A stretch of 50,935 bases of DNA, from positions 1 through 50,935 of the IMG/VR virus record IMGVR_UViG_3300009426_000007, one strand, 5' to 3'. Below the pieces are notes generated by a model. The model was not told where the DNA came from, made no database searches, and saw nothing but the letters and a program-made list of their open reading frames with translations. The first letter of the stretch is position 1. The number at the start of each line of letters is the position of its first letter. Shown one piece after another: positions 9,028 through 16,680 of the stretch. Source of the DNA: a virus (lineage: Duplodnaviria > Caudoviricetes). The position numbers and the translations under genes were made by a program.

Positions 9028-9356
9028 TAAAATATAATTCCCAGTAGAGACTTCGCCCAGCTAATAAGCTTGTCTGAGATGTTAGTGGTTGCTATTAGCA
9101 GCAATGATAAGCCGATTATCCAGGAATAAAAATCTTTCCATATATTGGTCAATGTCATATGGCGTTCTACCATTTTTAATGAGGCATCCCAATAATAATG
9201 AGGTCTATTGCGATATTCTTTTAAAATATCTTTCAGCTCTTCGACCTCATCTTCAGTAAAATGATCGAGTACGCTACTTTTTTGATGATTTTCTACCAGT
9301 TCTTCTAATTTACTTAGGAGAACAGTGTGGCGTGCTTCGTCTGAATCTCTTGACAC
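9027..9356 (-). CDS. membrane protein, holin-like candidate
   Basis: Soluble N-terminus, C-terminal TM plus amphipathic tail; under a late promoter. Confidence 0.6.
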   Translation of the reverse strand: MSRDSDEARHTVLLSKLEELVENHQKSSVLDHFTEDEVEELKDILKEYRNRPHYYWDASLKMVERHMTLTNIWKDFYSWIIGLSLLLIATTNISDKLISWAKSLLGIIF

Positions 9357-9389
9357 TACTTTACCTTTTATCAGATCTACTTCTGATAC

Positions 9390-9397
9390 TATTTATA
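9390..9397 (-). promoter_or_regulatory. T4-type late promoter TATAAATA
   Basis: tatttata on the + strand, upstream of the - strand gene pair. Confidence 0.65.
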
Positions 9398-9432
9398 TGT
9401 ATAATTAATTTGGAAATAATGTAAAATAGGGG

Positions 9433-9494
9433 TTTACTCTTAGGAGTATTTATGGTATAATAATCACATAAACAAATAAAACGAGGTATAAATA
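9433..9494 (+). promoter_or_regulatory. tandem early (TTTACT-N17-TATAAT) and late (TATAAATA 9487) promoters of the RNA cluster
   Basis: Direct motif matches. Confidence 0.75.
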
Positions 9495-9505
9495 AGCATA
9501 AGTAC

Positions 9506-9752
9506 ATCACTCATTTAGATATCGCATTCGGTTTATATGGTAATAAGTCGTGAAAGGGCTGCTCCTTTGGCCGGACGGGTTTCCGAATGCGATACTTAAA
9601 TGAGTGATTTAAACGGATCTTCTGGTGGTTCGACTCCACCGACTTATCGGAATGCGCAGCAGCTGCAGCTGCTGCAGTAGCATAGCCAATCTCATGGCCC
9701 TAGCTAGGTTAGAGAAGTCTCTCGGAAAGAGAAGGTCCGCTTAAATCACTCA
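9506..9752 (+). ncRNA. unassigned structured RNA with a tRNA-like core
   Basis: Long stems 9506-9531/9583-9608 and 9601-9623/9730-9752; T-arm GGTGG-TTCGACT-CCACC; acceptor-like ATAAGTC/GACTTAT; no ORF. Confidence 0.6.
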
Positions 9753-9759
9753 TAAAGTT

Positions 9760-10037
9760 AATAGTTGTTTGAAGTGGACTTAAAATCGGAAGAGACGGCG
9801 GTTCGAAACCGCCCATCTCCACCACAAAGTTTCGTCGTCTACACTTTATAGAAACGAAACTTTGTGATGGGGATGACTTGGGATCGATCTACGACGTAGA
9901 GAAAACTTAGACTGTTCGGCTGACCGCGTATAGGTTAAAAACAAGAAATGCAAACGATAACTTTGCAACTGAGAATTACGCTCTAGCAGCTTAATTCCAT
10001 GGGGTCCGACGGAAACCTAGCAACAGAATTCCGTCAC
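9760..10037 (+). ncRNA. ssrA: circularly permuted two-piece tmRNA
   Basis: Acceptor piece ends GGCGG-TTCGAAA-CCGCC-CATCTCC-ACCA (9824); hairpin intervening segment; coding piece starts GGGGATG (9869) giving G3.U70; tag ORF 9950-9994 ANDNFATENYALAA*. Confidence 0.93.
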
Positions 10038-10042
10038 AGTTT

Positions 10043-10118
10043 CGTGGGTTGGAGAAGAAGTTATCTCGTCATCCTCATAAGGTGAAGATCAGCGGTGCAA
10101 GTCCGTTACCCGCAACCA
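10043..10118 (+). tRNA. tRNA-Met(CAT), initiator-like
   Basis: Cloverleaf, C1xA72 mismatch, A11-U24 pair, loop CTCATAA, encoded CCA. Confidence 0.85.
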
Positions 10119-10120
10119 CA

Positions 10121-10159
10121 ATAGATATGCCCCTGTAAACCTATCTTAGGCATATCTAT
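10121..10159 (+). terminator. 11-bp hairpin after the tRNA (processing/termination)
   Basis: ATAGATATGCC / GGCATATCTAT; no U-tract follows. Confidence 0.45.
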
Positions 10160-10180
10160 ATAATAAAGTTGAATAGGGGG

Positions 10181-10209
10181 TTTACATTTGATTCGAATTA
10201 TGGTATAAT
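10181..10209 (+). promoter_or_regulatory. early promoter
   Basis: TTTACA-N17-TATAAT. Confidence 0.8.
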
Positions 10210-10234
10210 GATATCATAACAAAAGGAGAATGTA

Positions 10235-10351
10235 ATGTATACAGTAATTATGTTAGGCACCCTTATTTCCGGCTCTATCGTTGGATTTTTTGTAATGTTG
10301 CTCTTCATCATGTTTGTAGTTAACCCTCTAGTTGATAAGTTGGATAGATAA
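10235..10351 (+). CDS. small membrane protein (38 aa)
   Basis: AAGGAG RBS; single hydrophobic helix. Confidence 0.6.
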   Translation: MYTVIMLGTLISGSIVGFFVMLLFIMFVVNPLVDKLDR

Positions 10352-10707
10352 TGACTGAAACCTATAGACAAATGGTTACTCGAAAAGCCTGGACTAAATC
10401 CTTAGTAGGAGCAGCTTTTATAACCATCGCGGGCGTATATTTTTTAACGCCCGTCACAACCACCAATCTCACCCTTGAAAATGAAATCAGTCTTAAGACT
10501 GATAATCAAGGTCAGGGCGTGACGAACTGGACGATTACATGTAAATCTTCAGATATTGACGGTGTACCGTTGATATTCGATAATGATGCCGAGTCCGTTT
10601 CAGAGGCAGAAGCTAAAATGAATGCTGCAGTCGCGCGCGAATGTCAAAGACTTTGGCAGTCGTATGTTGATTATGTGACCAACCAAGTATTGGATAGTGA
10701 TCGATGA
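10351..10707 (+). CDS. hypothetical membrane-anchored protein
   Basis: N-terminal TM, two Cys. Confidence 0.7.
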   Translation: MTETYRQMVTRKAWTKSLVGAAFITIAGVYFLTPVTTTNLTLENEISLKTDNQGQGVTNWTITCKSSDIDGVPLIFDNDAESVSEAEAKMNAAVARECQRLWQSYVDYVTNQVLDSDR

Positions 10708-10961
10708 ATTTATTAAATTTTGGTATATATGCTGAATTAGTCGTACGAGTATGGTCATTTGACCCTGGTGGTCATATGATTGACGATCAATTGATGAAAT
10801 GGCAATATATGAATATGTCTGAATGTTCTAGGACATTGAGCGAAACCGTCACAATGGAATTCGATGAGGATGGTAGATTCGGTTACCCAGATCGGGAAAC
10901 CGAAGGCTATAAACAACTCGTTTCCATTACTTGTAATTACATGGAAAAGGAAGATAATTGA
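10704..10961 (+). CDS. hypothetical protein
   Basis: ATGA-coupled 85-aa ORF. Confidence 0.65.
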   Translation: MNLLNFGIYAELVVRVWSFDPGGHMIDDQLMKWQYMNMSECSRTLSETVTMEFDEDGRFGYPDRETEGYKQLVSITCNYMEKEDN

Positions 10962-11566
10962 TCATACCGAACATTAAAATAGAGCCTGCGCAGCCCCCTT
11001 CTCCACCACCTCCCGAACCAAAATCACCGGGACAGGTTTTACATGAGAATGGGGTTCTTTTCATGACTGATGTATTCAGTATGGAAAATTGCCTTCCTAT
11101 CATTAAGGGTATAATGGAATACAATATGTTACCTGAGTCTAAGAGGCCTGAGGTAATCCATTTATATATTAATTCGCGAGGCGGGGAATTAGCTGCTTGT
11201 TGGCACTTAATTGATGTGCTTAAACAGTCTAAAATCCCCGTTTGGACCTATGCTTTAGGAATAGCTGCTTCATGTGGATGTTTATTGCTCATGGCTGGTG
11301 AAAAAGGACATAGATATATTACCCAGAATACAACGGTCATGACCCACGTATTTTCTGCAGGTAGTGTGGGTAAAGAACACGAGCTTCATGCGCGCGTTAA
11401 GAGTTTTGAACAGACCTCGAAAAATATGGTTGAGCATTATAAGAAATGCACAGGTAAAACCGAGGCTTATATTAGGAAACATTTGTTGCCTAAAGAAGAT
11501 GTTTGGTTGAGCACTGAAGAGTGCATTAAACACGGCATTGCAGACAATATTATTGAAACATATTAG
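10958..11566 (+). CDS. clpP: ClpP-family serine protease
   Basis: IHLYINSRGG, GIAASCG (catalytic Ser), VMTH (His), EDVWLSTEECIKHGIADNI (Asp region). Confidence 0.92.
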   Translation: MIIPNIKIEPAQPPSPPPPEPKSPGQVLHENGVLFMTDVFSMENCLPIIKGIMEYNMLPESKRPEVIHLYINSRGGELAACWHLIDVLKQSKIPVWTYALGIAASCGCLLLMAGEKGHRYITQNTTVMTHVFSAGSVGKEHELHARVKSFEQTSKNMVEHYKKCTGKTEAYIRKHLLPKEDVWLSTEECIKHGIADNIIETY

Positions 11567-11573
11567 GAGAAAT

Positions 11574-11765
11574 ATGATGACAAGACAACAACGCAGACAA
11601 GAAGAAAGAACCGCGGCGAAGCTCTCAAAGGAGCACAAAACAAAGCACGGTAAAATGAGTAGTCGTTTGTCCCTATTTGGGGTCACATACGGAGGTGTAA
11701 AACCCAGATATAATAAATACCTATCAGATGGAAGTGAAAATCCTGATTCGAAACCGGAAAAGTGA
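11574..11765 (+). CDS. basic hypothetical protein
   Basis: AGGAG RBS; MMTRQQRR. Confidence 0.55.
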   Translation: MMTRQQRRQEERTAAKLSKEHKTKHGKMSSRLSLFGVTYGGVKPRYNKYLSDGSENPDSKPEK

Positions 11766-11821
11766 TTCTTCAATAAATCTGTTTTTAGCTAAAATACAAC
11801 AGAAAAAGAAAGAGAAATAAA

Positions 11822-12025
11822 ATGACTAAAATTACATCAATGCTTCTAGCATTGGGTCTTATGATTGCTCCGGCAATCGCATTCGCAGAACCAGCAGGTC
11901 AAGTTGGCCCGACTGCAGAAGACGGCCAAACTACAGAAGGCAATGAAACACAATCTGATTCAGAAACTTCTGATGGTGGTTGGGTTAACCTTCAAGATCT
12001 TCTAAAGAGAATGTCAGGTAAATAA
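11822..12025 (+). CDS. small secreted protein
   Basis: Sec signal MTKITSMLLALGLMIAPAIAFA, acidic linker, amphipathic C-terminus. Confidence 0.7.
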   Translation: MTKITSMLLALGLMIAPAIAFAEPAGQVGPTAEDGQTTEGNETQSDSETSDGGWVNLQDLLKRMSGK

Positions 12026-12029
12026 TAAA

Positions 12030-12056
12030 GAAGGGGGGGTAACCCTCCCCCTTTCC
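12030..12056 (+). terminator. hairpin terminator
   Basis: G-run/C-rich stem followed by a short T tract. Confidence 0.5.
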
Positions 12057-12060
12057 GTCC

Positions 12061-12135
12061 GTCGGTCAGGGAAAATGGTAATCCGCAGGTCTCCAAAACC
12101 TTGAGAATTCGGTTCGATTCCGAAGACCTTCGCCA
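12061..12135 (+). tRNA. tRNA-Trp(CCA), with acceptor-stem mismatches
   Basis: Loop CTCCAAA, T arm TTCGG-TTCGATT-CCGAA, 3' GCCA; pairs 2-71 and 3-70 mismatched. Confidence 0.75.
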
Positions 12136-12157
12136 ATTTTAAATAAAGGACTACATT

Positions 12158-12451
12158 ATGATTTTTAATATACTCATAGGAATTATCGCATTATCTTTTC
12201 TGATACTGGGGTATATGACCTTGGGAGCAATCTATTTCCGGTTATGGAACAAGAGCGCTAAAATTATTTGGAGGGATGATCCTCTCACATTGAAACGGGA
12301 ACTTTTAACCAAAGAAAATCTGACAGCGACGATGATTCTTTGGCCGCTGATGATTGCCCTTACCCCATTCATTTATGGTTATCTTCTATTAAAAGATAAA
12401 AGACCCCGTTTAATTATTTCTCTCTTGAATAAAATTGCAGGAATAAAATGA
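12158..12451 (+). CDS. hypothetical membrane protein
   Basis: Two TM segments, AAGGA RBS. Confidence 0.7.
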   Translation: MIFNILIGIIALSFLILGYMTLGAIYFRLWNKSAKIIWRDDPLTLKRELLTKENLTATMILWPLMIALTPFIYGYLLLKDKRPRLIISLLNKIAGIK

Positions 12452-12459
12452 ATTAGGGG

Positions 12460-12488
12460 TTTACAAACTCCTTTTTTTATGGTATAAT
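12460..12488 (+). promoter_or_regulatory. early promoter with stem-loop/T-tract
   Basis: TTTACA-N17-TATAAT directly upstream of a tRNA. Confidence 0.8.
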
Positions 12489-12507
12489 GATCACATATTA
12501 AACGAAC

Positions 12508-12579
12508 GGCTCTCTGTATGGTTACGACGAAGCTCCTCATAAGGGCATTGGCAGAGTTCAATTCTCTGGTGAGCCACCA
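12508..12579 (+). tRNA. tRNA with CAT anticodon (Met or Ile2), degenerate D-arm
   Basis: GGCTCTC/GTGAGCC-ACCA, GCTC-CTCATAA-GGGC, CAGAG-TTCAATT-CTCTG. Confidence 0.7.
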
Positions 12580-12590
12580 AAAGGAAATAT

Positions 12591-12704
12591 ATGTTAAAGA
12601 AAATCATTTGTTATTTCAAAGGGCATAAATGGAAAGTCTCTGAAAAAGATGAATTTCTTTATGTATGTGAAAGATGTAACAAAATGGTAGATACAGGATT
12701 CTAA
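12591..12704 (+). CDS. small zinc-binding phage protein (DUF1660-like)
   Basis: MLKKIICYFKGHKW...CERC. Confidence 0.65.
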   Translation: MLKKIICYFKGHKWKVSEKDEFLYVCERCNKMVDTGF

Positions 12705-12755
12705 TGAATAGAGATAATCAAGATATCTTCTAAGTAACAACTTAGGAGAATAAAA

Positions 12756-13118
12756 ATGAAAGCTATATGGAAAAAATATACATATTGCAAATATCTATAT
12801 AAGTTTAGAAATAACTATTCAGTAAGTTCTTATTGGGGGTTCATAGACGCCGATAATATTTGTCAATACGAGGTACTTGAAAAAACCAAAAGACATATCT
12901 ATTGGGAAGCAAACCACTATTGCCGTTCAATAAGAACTGCTCCAGAAAAGAAGCAGAACAAATTTGATATCTTGTATCGTAGAGAAATCAAAGCTGAATA
13001 TGGTAAAGGGTTTCAAATCAGAAGAAAAGACAAACTGCCCGATCCATGGGACGATTATTGGTCTGGTTCCACGAAGTCTTGGAAGAAATTGAAAAAGAAG
13101 AAAAAACAGTGGATGTAG
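12756..13118 (+). CDS. basic hypothetical protein
   Basis: AGGAG RBS; LPDPWDD...KSWK...KKQW tail. Confidence 0.7.
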   Translation: MKAIWKKYTYCKYLYKFRNNYSVSSYWGFIDADNICQYEVLEKTKRHIYWEANHYCRSIRTAPEKKQNKFDILYRREIKAEYGKGFQIRRKDKLPDPWDDYWSGSTKSWKKLKKKKKQWM

Positions 13119-13120
13119 GG

Positions 13121-13149
13121 TTTACATTCATGGTTTAATATGATATAAT
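13121..13149 (+). promoter_or_regulatory. early promoter
   Basis: TTTACA-N17-TATAAT. Confidence 0.8.
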
Positions 13150-13178
13150 AATTATATTAAACGAAAAGGACTTATATT

Positions 13179-13634
13179 ATGAAACGCAGATCACTATTAA
13201 AATTTCTTGGACTTGTACCTGTAATGGGGGCTTCAGCTCTATCGGCTTCTAAGGTCGAGGCAAAAGAATTTGAATTGCCTAAAATGACGAATTATGGCAT
13301 TGATAATATCAAAGAAATCAACTTGAAGGAGCTCCGTCGTAGAGTTGATCAGCTATATGATAAGCTTATGCCTGAAACCACATACCGTCCGGATCCTGGC
13401 TTTAAGGCCCAACTGGCGAAAACGATTATGAGAGATATTTGTTTCCCTGCTAAACATGATCGCATTCAGCATATTCGATTGGTAATTGACGAATCAGATT
13501 ATAATGGTAGATCTGCTTTATTCCAAACAGTTCCTTCCCAGGTTGCTTATATGGCTTCTGAGATTGTGGTTCGCGATCATAGAAATATTGATACCATTTT
13601 AAAATCTCGCTTCCGTCCGGTGGATGAAGCATAA
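13179..13634 (+). CDS. hypothetical protein with twin-arginine-like signal peptide
   Basis: MKRRSLLKFLGLVPVMGASALSASKVEA. Confidence 0.75.
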   Translation: MKRRSLLKFLGLVPVMGASALSASKVEAKEFELPKMTNYGIDNIKEINLKELRRRVDQLYDKLMPETTYRPDPGFKAQLAKTIMRDICFPAKHDRIQHIRLVIDESDYNGRSALFQTVPSQVAYMASEIVVRDHRNIDTILKSRFRPVDEA

Positions 13635-13644
13635 ATAACTATAC

Positions 13645-13718
13645 GCGGGTATGGTATAAAGGTAACACTTCTGATTTCCAATCAGACGCTGAGAGTTCGA
13701 GTCTCTCTACCCGCTCCA
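13645..13718 (+). tRNA. tRNA-Gly(TCC)
   Basis: GCGGGTA/TACCCGC-TCCA; TCTGA-TTTCCAA-TCAGA; GAGAG-TTCGAGT-CTCTC. Confidence 0.93.
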
Positions 13719-13742
13719 AAATTAATTCAAATTAAATGCACA

Positions 13743-13812
13743 AAGAGGGTTTACAACCCTCTTTTTTTATGGTATAATGAATCATAATTTAAACCAAGGA
13801 GAATATCTTATG
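13743..13812 (+). promoter_or_regulatory. promoter/terminator cassette
   Basis: AGAGGGT-TTACA-ACCCTCT-T tract, TATAAT 13773; the -10-to-ATG leader is nearly identical to 16639-16680. Confidence 0.85.
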
Positions 13813-14148
13813 ACTACTCAACCTCGCACAACTAACTATATCGGCACATTTGATCACATTTCTTTGGCAGGTGCTAAAGAAATAGAGTCTGCACGTACAG
13901 CGATTAGAACCCTTAACAAAAAGCTTCGCGAAGAGCATAGCGCAAATCAATGTAATGCGAAAGCATATTATGCGCGCACCGGTAAAAAAAGCTATTATCC
14001 AAAACTAGTTCAATATTATGTTAAACTTCAAGGTCGTGGCCCACGTGTAGAAGCCGCTCGTCACGACGGCGCTGGAAAATATGCTTATTTTTCTTCTCTT
14101 CCTCTTCGTCATGCTACTCATGTCGATGCTTACGTTTACACCCGATAA
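13810..14148 (+). CDS. hypothetical early protein
   Basis: AAGGAG RBS before ATG 13810; VKLQGRGPR...DAYVY. Confidence 0.75.
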   Translation: MTTQPRTTNYIGTFDHISLAGAKEIESARTAIRTLNKKLREEHSANQCNAKAYYARTGKKSYYPKLVQYYVKLQGRGPRVEAARHDGAGKYAYFSSLPLRHATHVDAYVYTR

Positions 14149-14224
14149 TATAGCAGAAAAACCAATTTGATCAGGCCCGGGTTGTTCGCGACCTGGGTCG
14201 AGATATTGAAAAATTGAGGCGACC

Positions 14225-14839
14225 ATGAATATATTTTACATCAACGAATCCCCGGCCTTGGCAGCTCAAGAACTGTGCAACATTCATGTCAATAAAATGG
14301 CATTGGAAACCGCACAAATGCTTTCTACTGCTCATAGGCTTTCGGGCCGAACTGTCAAATGTACCTCCAGCAAACTATTTAGAGAATTTGCTAAGCCTGG
14401 TGACGAAGCTCGCGAGCTTAAAAAGCCTAAAGAGTTTAGTATTTGCACAGATCTTGGTGAATACCAAAATCCTTTCGATTTAACTATTCACCTAACGATC
14501 TATCGTGAAACCCATCAAAATCACCCGTCTACCAAATGGGTAAGATCTTCAAGTGGGGCTTATAAATGGGCTTGGATGTTGTTCAAAGAGCTTTGTAGGG
14601 AATATCATTATCGGACTGGCAAGGTCACTACAATGGCTAAACTGATCGAAACCCTTGCACCAATTCCGGAAAATCTGAACGAAGAAGATTGGACAGATCC
14701 GCCACTTTGTATGCCGGATGAATATAAATCTGAAGATCATGTAGAAGCATATAGGAAATATTACATTTCTAAGCAAGATAGCATGAAGGTGCCTATGGTA
14801 TGGACTGGCGGAAGCCAAAAGCCTGAGTGGTTCGCATGA
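14225..14839 (+). CDS. pyrimidine-dimer DNA glycosylase/endonuclease V family protein
   Basis: MNIFY..P..AA..LC..HV.KM.LE.AQMLST, YRETHQNHPSTKW, P.CMPDEYK..D.VEAYR.YY. Confidence 0.8.
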   Translation: MNIFYINESPALAAQELCNIHVNKMALETAQMLSTAHRLSGRTVKCTSSKLFREFAKPGDEARELKKPKEFSICTDLGEYQNPFDLTIHLTIYRETHQNHPSTKWVRSSSGAYKWAWMLFKELCREYHYRTGKVTTMAKLIETLAPIPENLNEEDWTDPPLCMPDEYKSEDHVEAYRKYYISKQDSMKVPMVWTGGSQKPEWFA

Positions 14840-14883
14840 TGGAGGCAGGTCTAATTAATTCAATAAAAAGAATATTATAGGGG

Positions 14884-14912
14884 TTTACTTTACCTTTAAA
14901 ATGTGTTATAAT
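14884..14912 (+). promoter_or_regulatory. early promoter
   Basis: TTTACT-N17-TATAAT. Confidence 0.75.
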
Positions 14913-14947
14913 ACACATATTAACAGAACATAAAAAGGAAATTTATT

Positions 14948-15925
14948 ATGTCACATGAAGTAGAAACAATGGCCTTTCAAGGCGCCCTTCCTTGGCACGG
15001 CCTAGGCGTTAAGGTCAGCAACGATCTTACCCCAGCCCAAATGAGAAAAGAAGCAGGCGTTGATTGGGAAGTCGCTGAAGCGGAATCTTTCATTGAATAT
15101 AATGGCAAAAAGATTAATACCGGTATGAAGTCGCTCGTTCGCGACTCAGATTCTCGTATCCTTACCAATGTTGGTAAAAATTGGTACCCATGCAAAAACG
15201 AAGATGCTTTTAATTTCTTCAATGAGTATATTATGGCTGGTGATATGGAAATGCACACAGCAGGTTCACTTAATGATGGGGGTATCGTATGGGCCCTTGC
15301 AAAAGTAAAAGAGTCATTTGATGTGATCGGTGAAGATCGCGTGGACTCATATATGCTCTTTTCAAATCCCCACACTTATGGTAAATCAATCGATGTTCGC
15401 TTTACCCCAATTCGTGTGGTTTGCGCTAACACTTTAGCTCTTTCTCTTCAATCTGCAAAATCTAAAAATAGTGTTAAAATGAGCCACCGTATGGCTTTTG
15501 ACCCTGATGTTGTTAAACAGCAAATGGGTATTGCACATGATAAGTTTGCAATGTATAAACAGAACGCTCAGTTCCTTGCTAAAAAGCGTGTAACAGCTTC
15601 TGATTTGATCGAATTCTATAATTCAGTATTCCCATCAACATCGCGTAAAGATGATGTTAAAGTGGTTAAGACTGTTGATGATCTTTCAAAGAATGCTAAA
15701 TTGGCAAATGAAAATCTTCTTACCCAGCCTGGAGCAGAGATTGCAGAAGGATCTTGGTGGCAGGCGTTTAACTCAGTAAGCTATGTGACTGATCATCTTT
15801 ATGGTCAGAATAAGAACAACCGCTTAAATTCTCAATGGTTCGGTCAGAACCAAGCACGTAAGGTTGTTGCTATTAACAAAGCATTAGAATTGGCCAATAA
15901 ATCAAAAGAGTTGGAGACAGCATGA
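14948..15925 (+). CDS. DUF932/DUF945 (TIGR03299-like) phage/plasmid protein
   Basis: MSHEVETM..PWHGLG, HTAGSL, FTPIRVVCANTL, SWWQAFNSV. Confidence 0.88.
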   Translation: MSHEVETMAFQGALPWHGLGVKVSNDLTPAQMRKEAGVDWEVAEAESFIEYNGKKINTGMKSLVRDSDSRILTNVGKNWYPCKNEDAFNFFNEYIMAGDMEMHTAGSLNDGGIVWALAKVKESFDVIGEDRVDSYMLFSNPHTYGKSIDVRFTPIRVVCANTLALSLQSAKSKNSVKMSHRMAFDPDVVKQQMGIAHDKFAMYKQNAQFLAKKRVTASDLIEFYNSVFPSTSRKDDVKVVKTVDDLSKNAKLANENLLTQPGAEIAEGSWWQAFNSVSYVTDHLYGQNKNNRLNSQWFGQNQARKVVAINKALELANKSKELETA

Positions 15926-16386
15926 ACAATACCCAAATAATTAACAATCCATGGATTTTTGAAAGAGTCGAGATTGTAAAACTCGAGAAGCGGCATGACG
16001 CAAAGTGGGTTGTTGATATTGAATATGATAAGAGGATCTTATCTGTTTTTTATCAACACGAAACCACGAAAGAACGCCCCGATCCTTATATAGGGTTTAC
16101 TGTAGGTCGTACTGAACCAATTACTTTTACTATTGCTACAAAGCCCGCGCCGACAAAGCGCACAGTAAAGATGCATAATCTCCCATTCATTGAGGAGATG
16201 GAGATAATCGGAGTTGAGGCTGATAATACTGATATTATATTCTCAAAGGCAAGGAACGATAGAGCAATTTCACTTGATAATTCTGTTTGGATTGAAGGTG
16301 GCCCGACTAATAATACCTCAAGCAAATATCCTAATGTCCCACTGGTAGATATTCGTATTAAGAATGGTAGTTTGATAATTGAGTAA
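15922..16386 (+). CDS. hypothetical protein
   Basis: ATGA-coupled 154-aa ORF. Confidence 0.7.
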   Translation: MNNTQIINNPWIFERVEIVKLEKRHDAKWVVDIEYDKRILSVFYQHETTKERPDPYIGFTVGRTEPITFTIATKPAPTKRTVKMHNLPFIEEMEIIGVEADNTDIIFSKARNDRAISLDNSVWIEGGPTNNTSSKYPNVPLVDIRIKNGSLIIE

Positions 16387-16570
16387 AATACCACCATATA
16401 AACGCCGCACGGGTCGTAGCATGGAATAGAGCGCACGTCCGACGTGGGTCGCACTACACCAAACAGTAGAGAACGTTCTATGGAGCGCCTACTTTCGCGC
16501 CGTGTTTGGCCCAACATTGGACCCCACACATGACGGCTCACACTCCGTAGTCAGAAGGCTTCTAGAAGGG

Positions 16571-16680
16571 TGTGACGGGGTGTGACAATTAAATACGAAT
16601 TAAATGCATAAAAGGGGTTTACATGAGGCCTTTTTTACGGTATAATGAATCATAATTTAAACAAAGGAGAATATCTTATG
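16571..16680 (+). repeat. promoter cassette copy
   Basis: tgtgac..tgtgacaattaaatacgaattaaatgcataaa..GGGG TTTACA(16618)-N17-TATAAT..AAGGAG. Confidence 0.9.

Noticed and set aside
9543-9648. Functional tRNA-Sec decoding the TGA at 44891
   Set aside because: No UCA anticodon, a 6-nt loop, no CCA, and no evident SECIS hairpin after the TGA.
16086-16541. 151-aa - strand ORF and other short antisense ORFs in the track
   Set aside because: They overlap well-supported + strand genes and lack an RBS or recognisable motifs.
13777-16677. Shared N-terminal peptide MNHNLN(Q/K)GEYL in two ORFs of the track
   Set aside because: Artefact of translating the duplicated promoter-RBS leader; real starts are 13810 and 16678.
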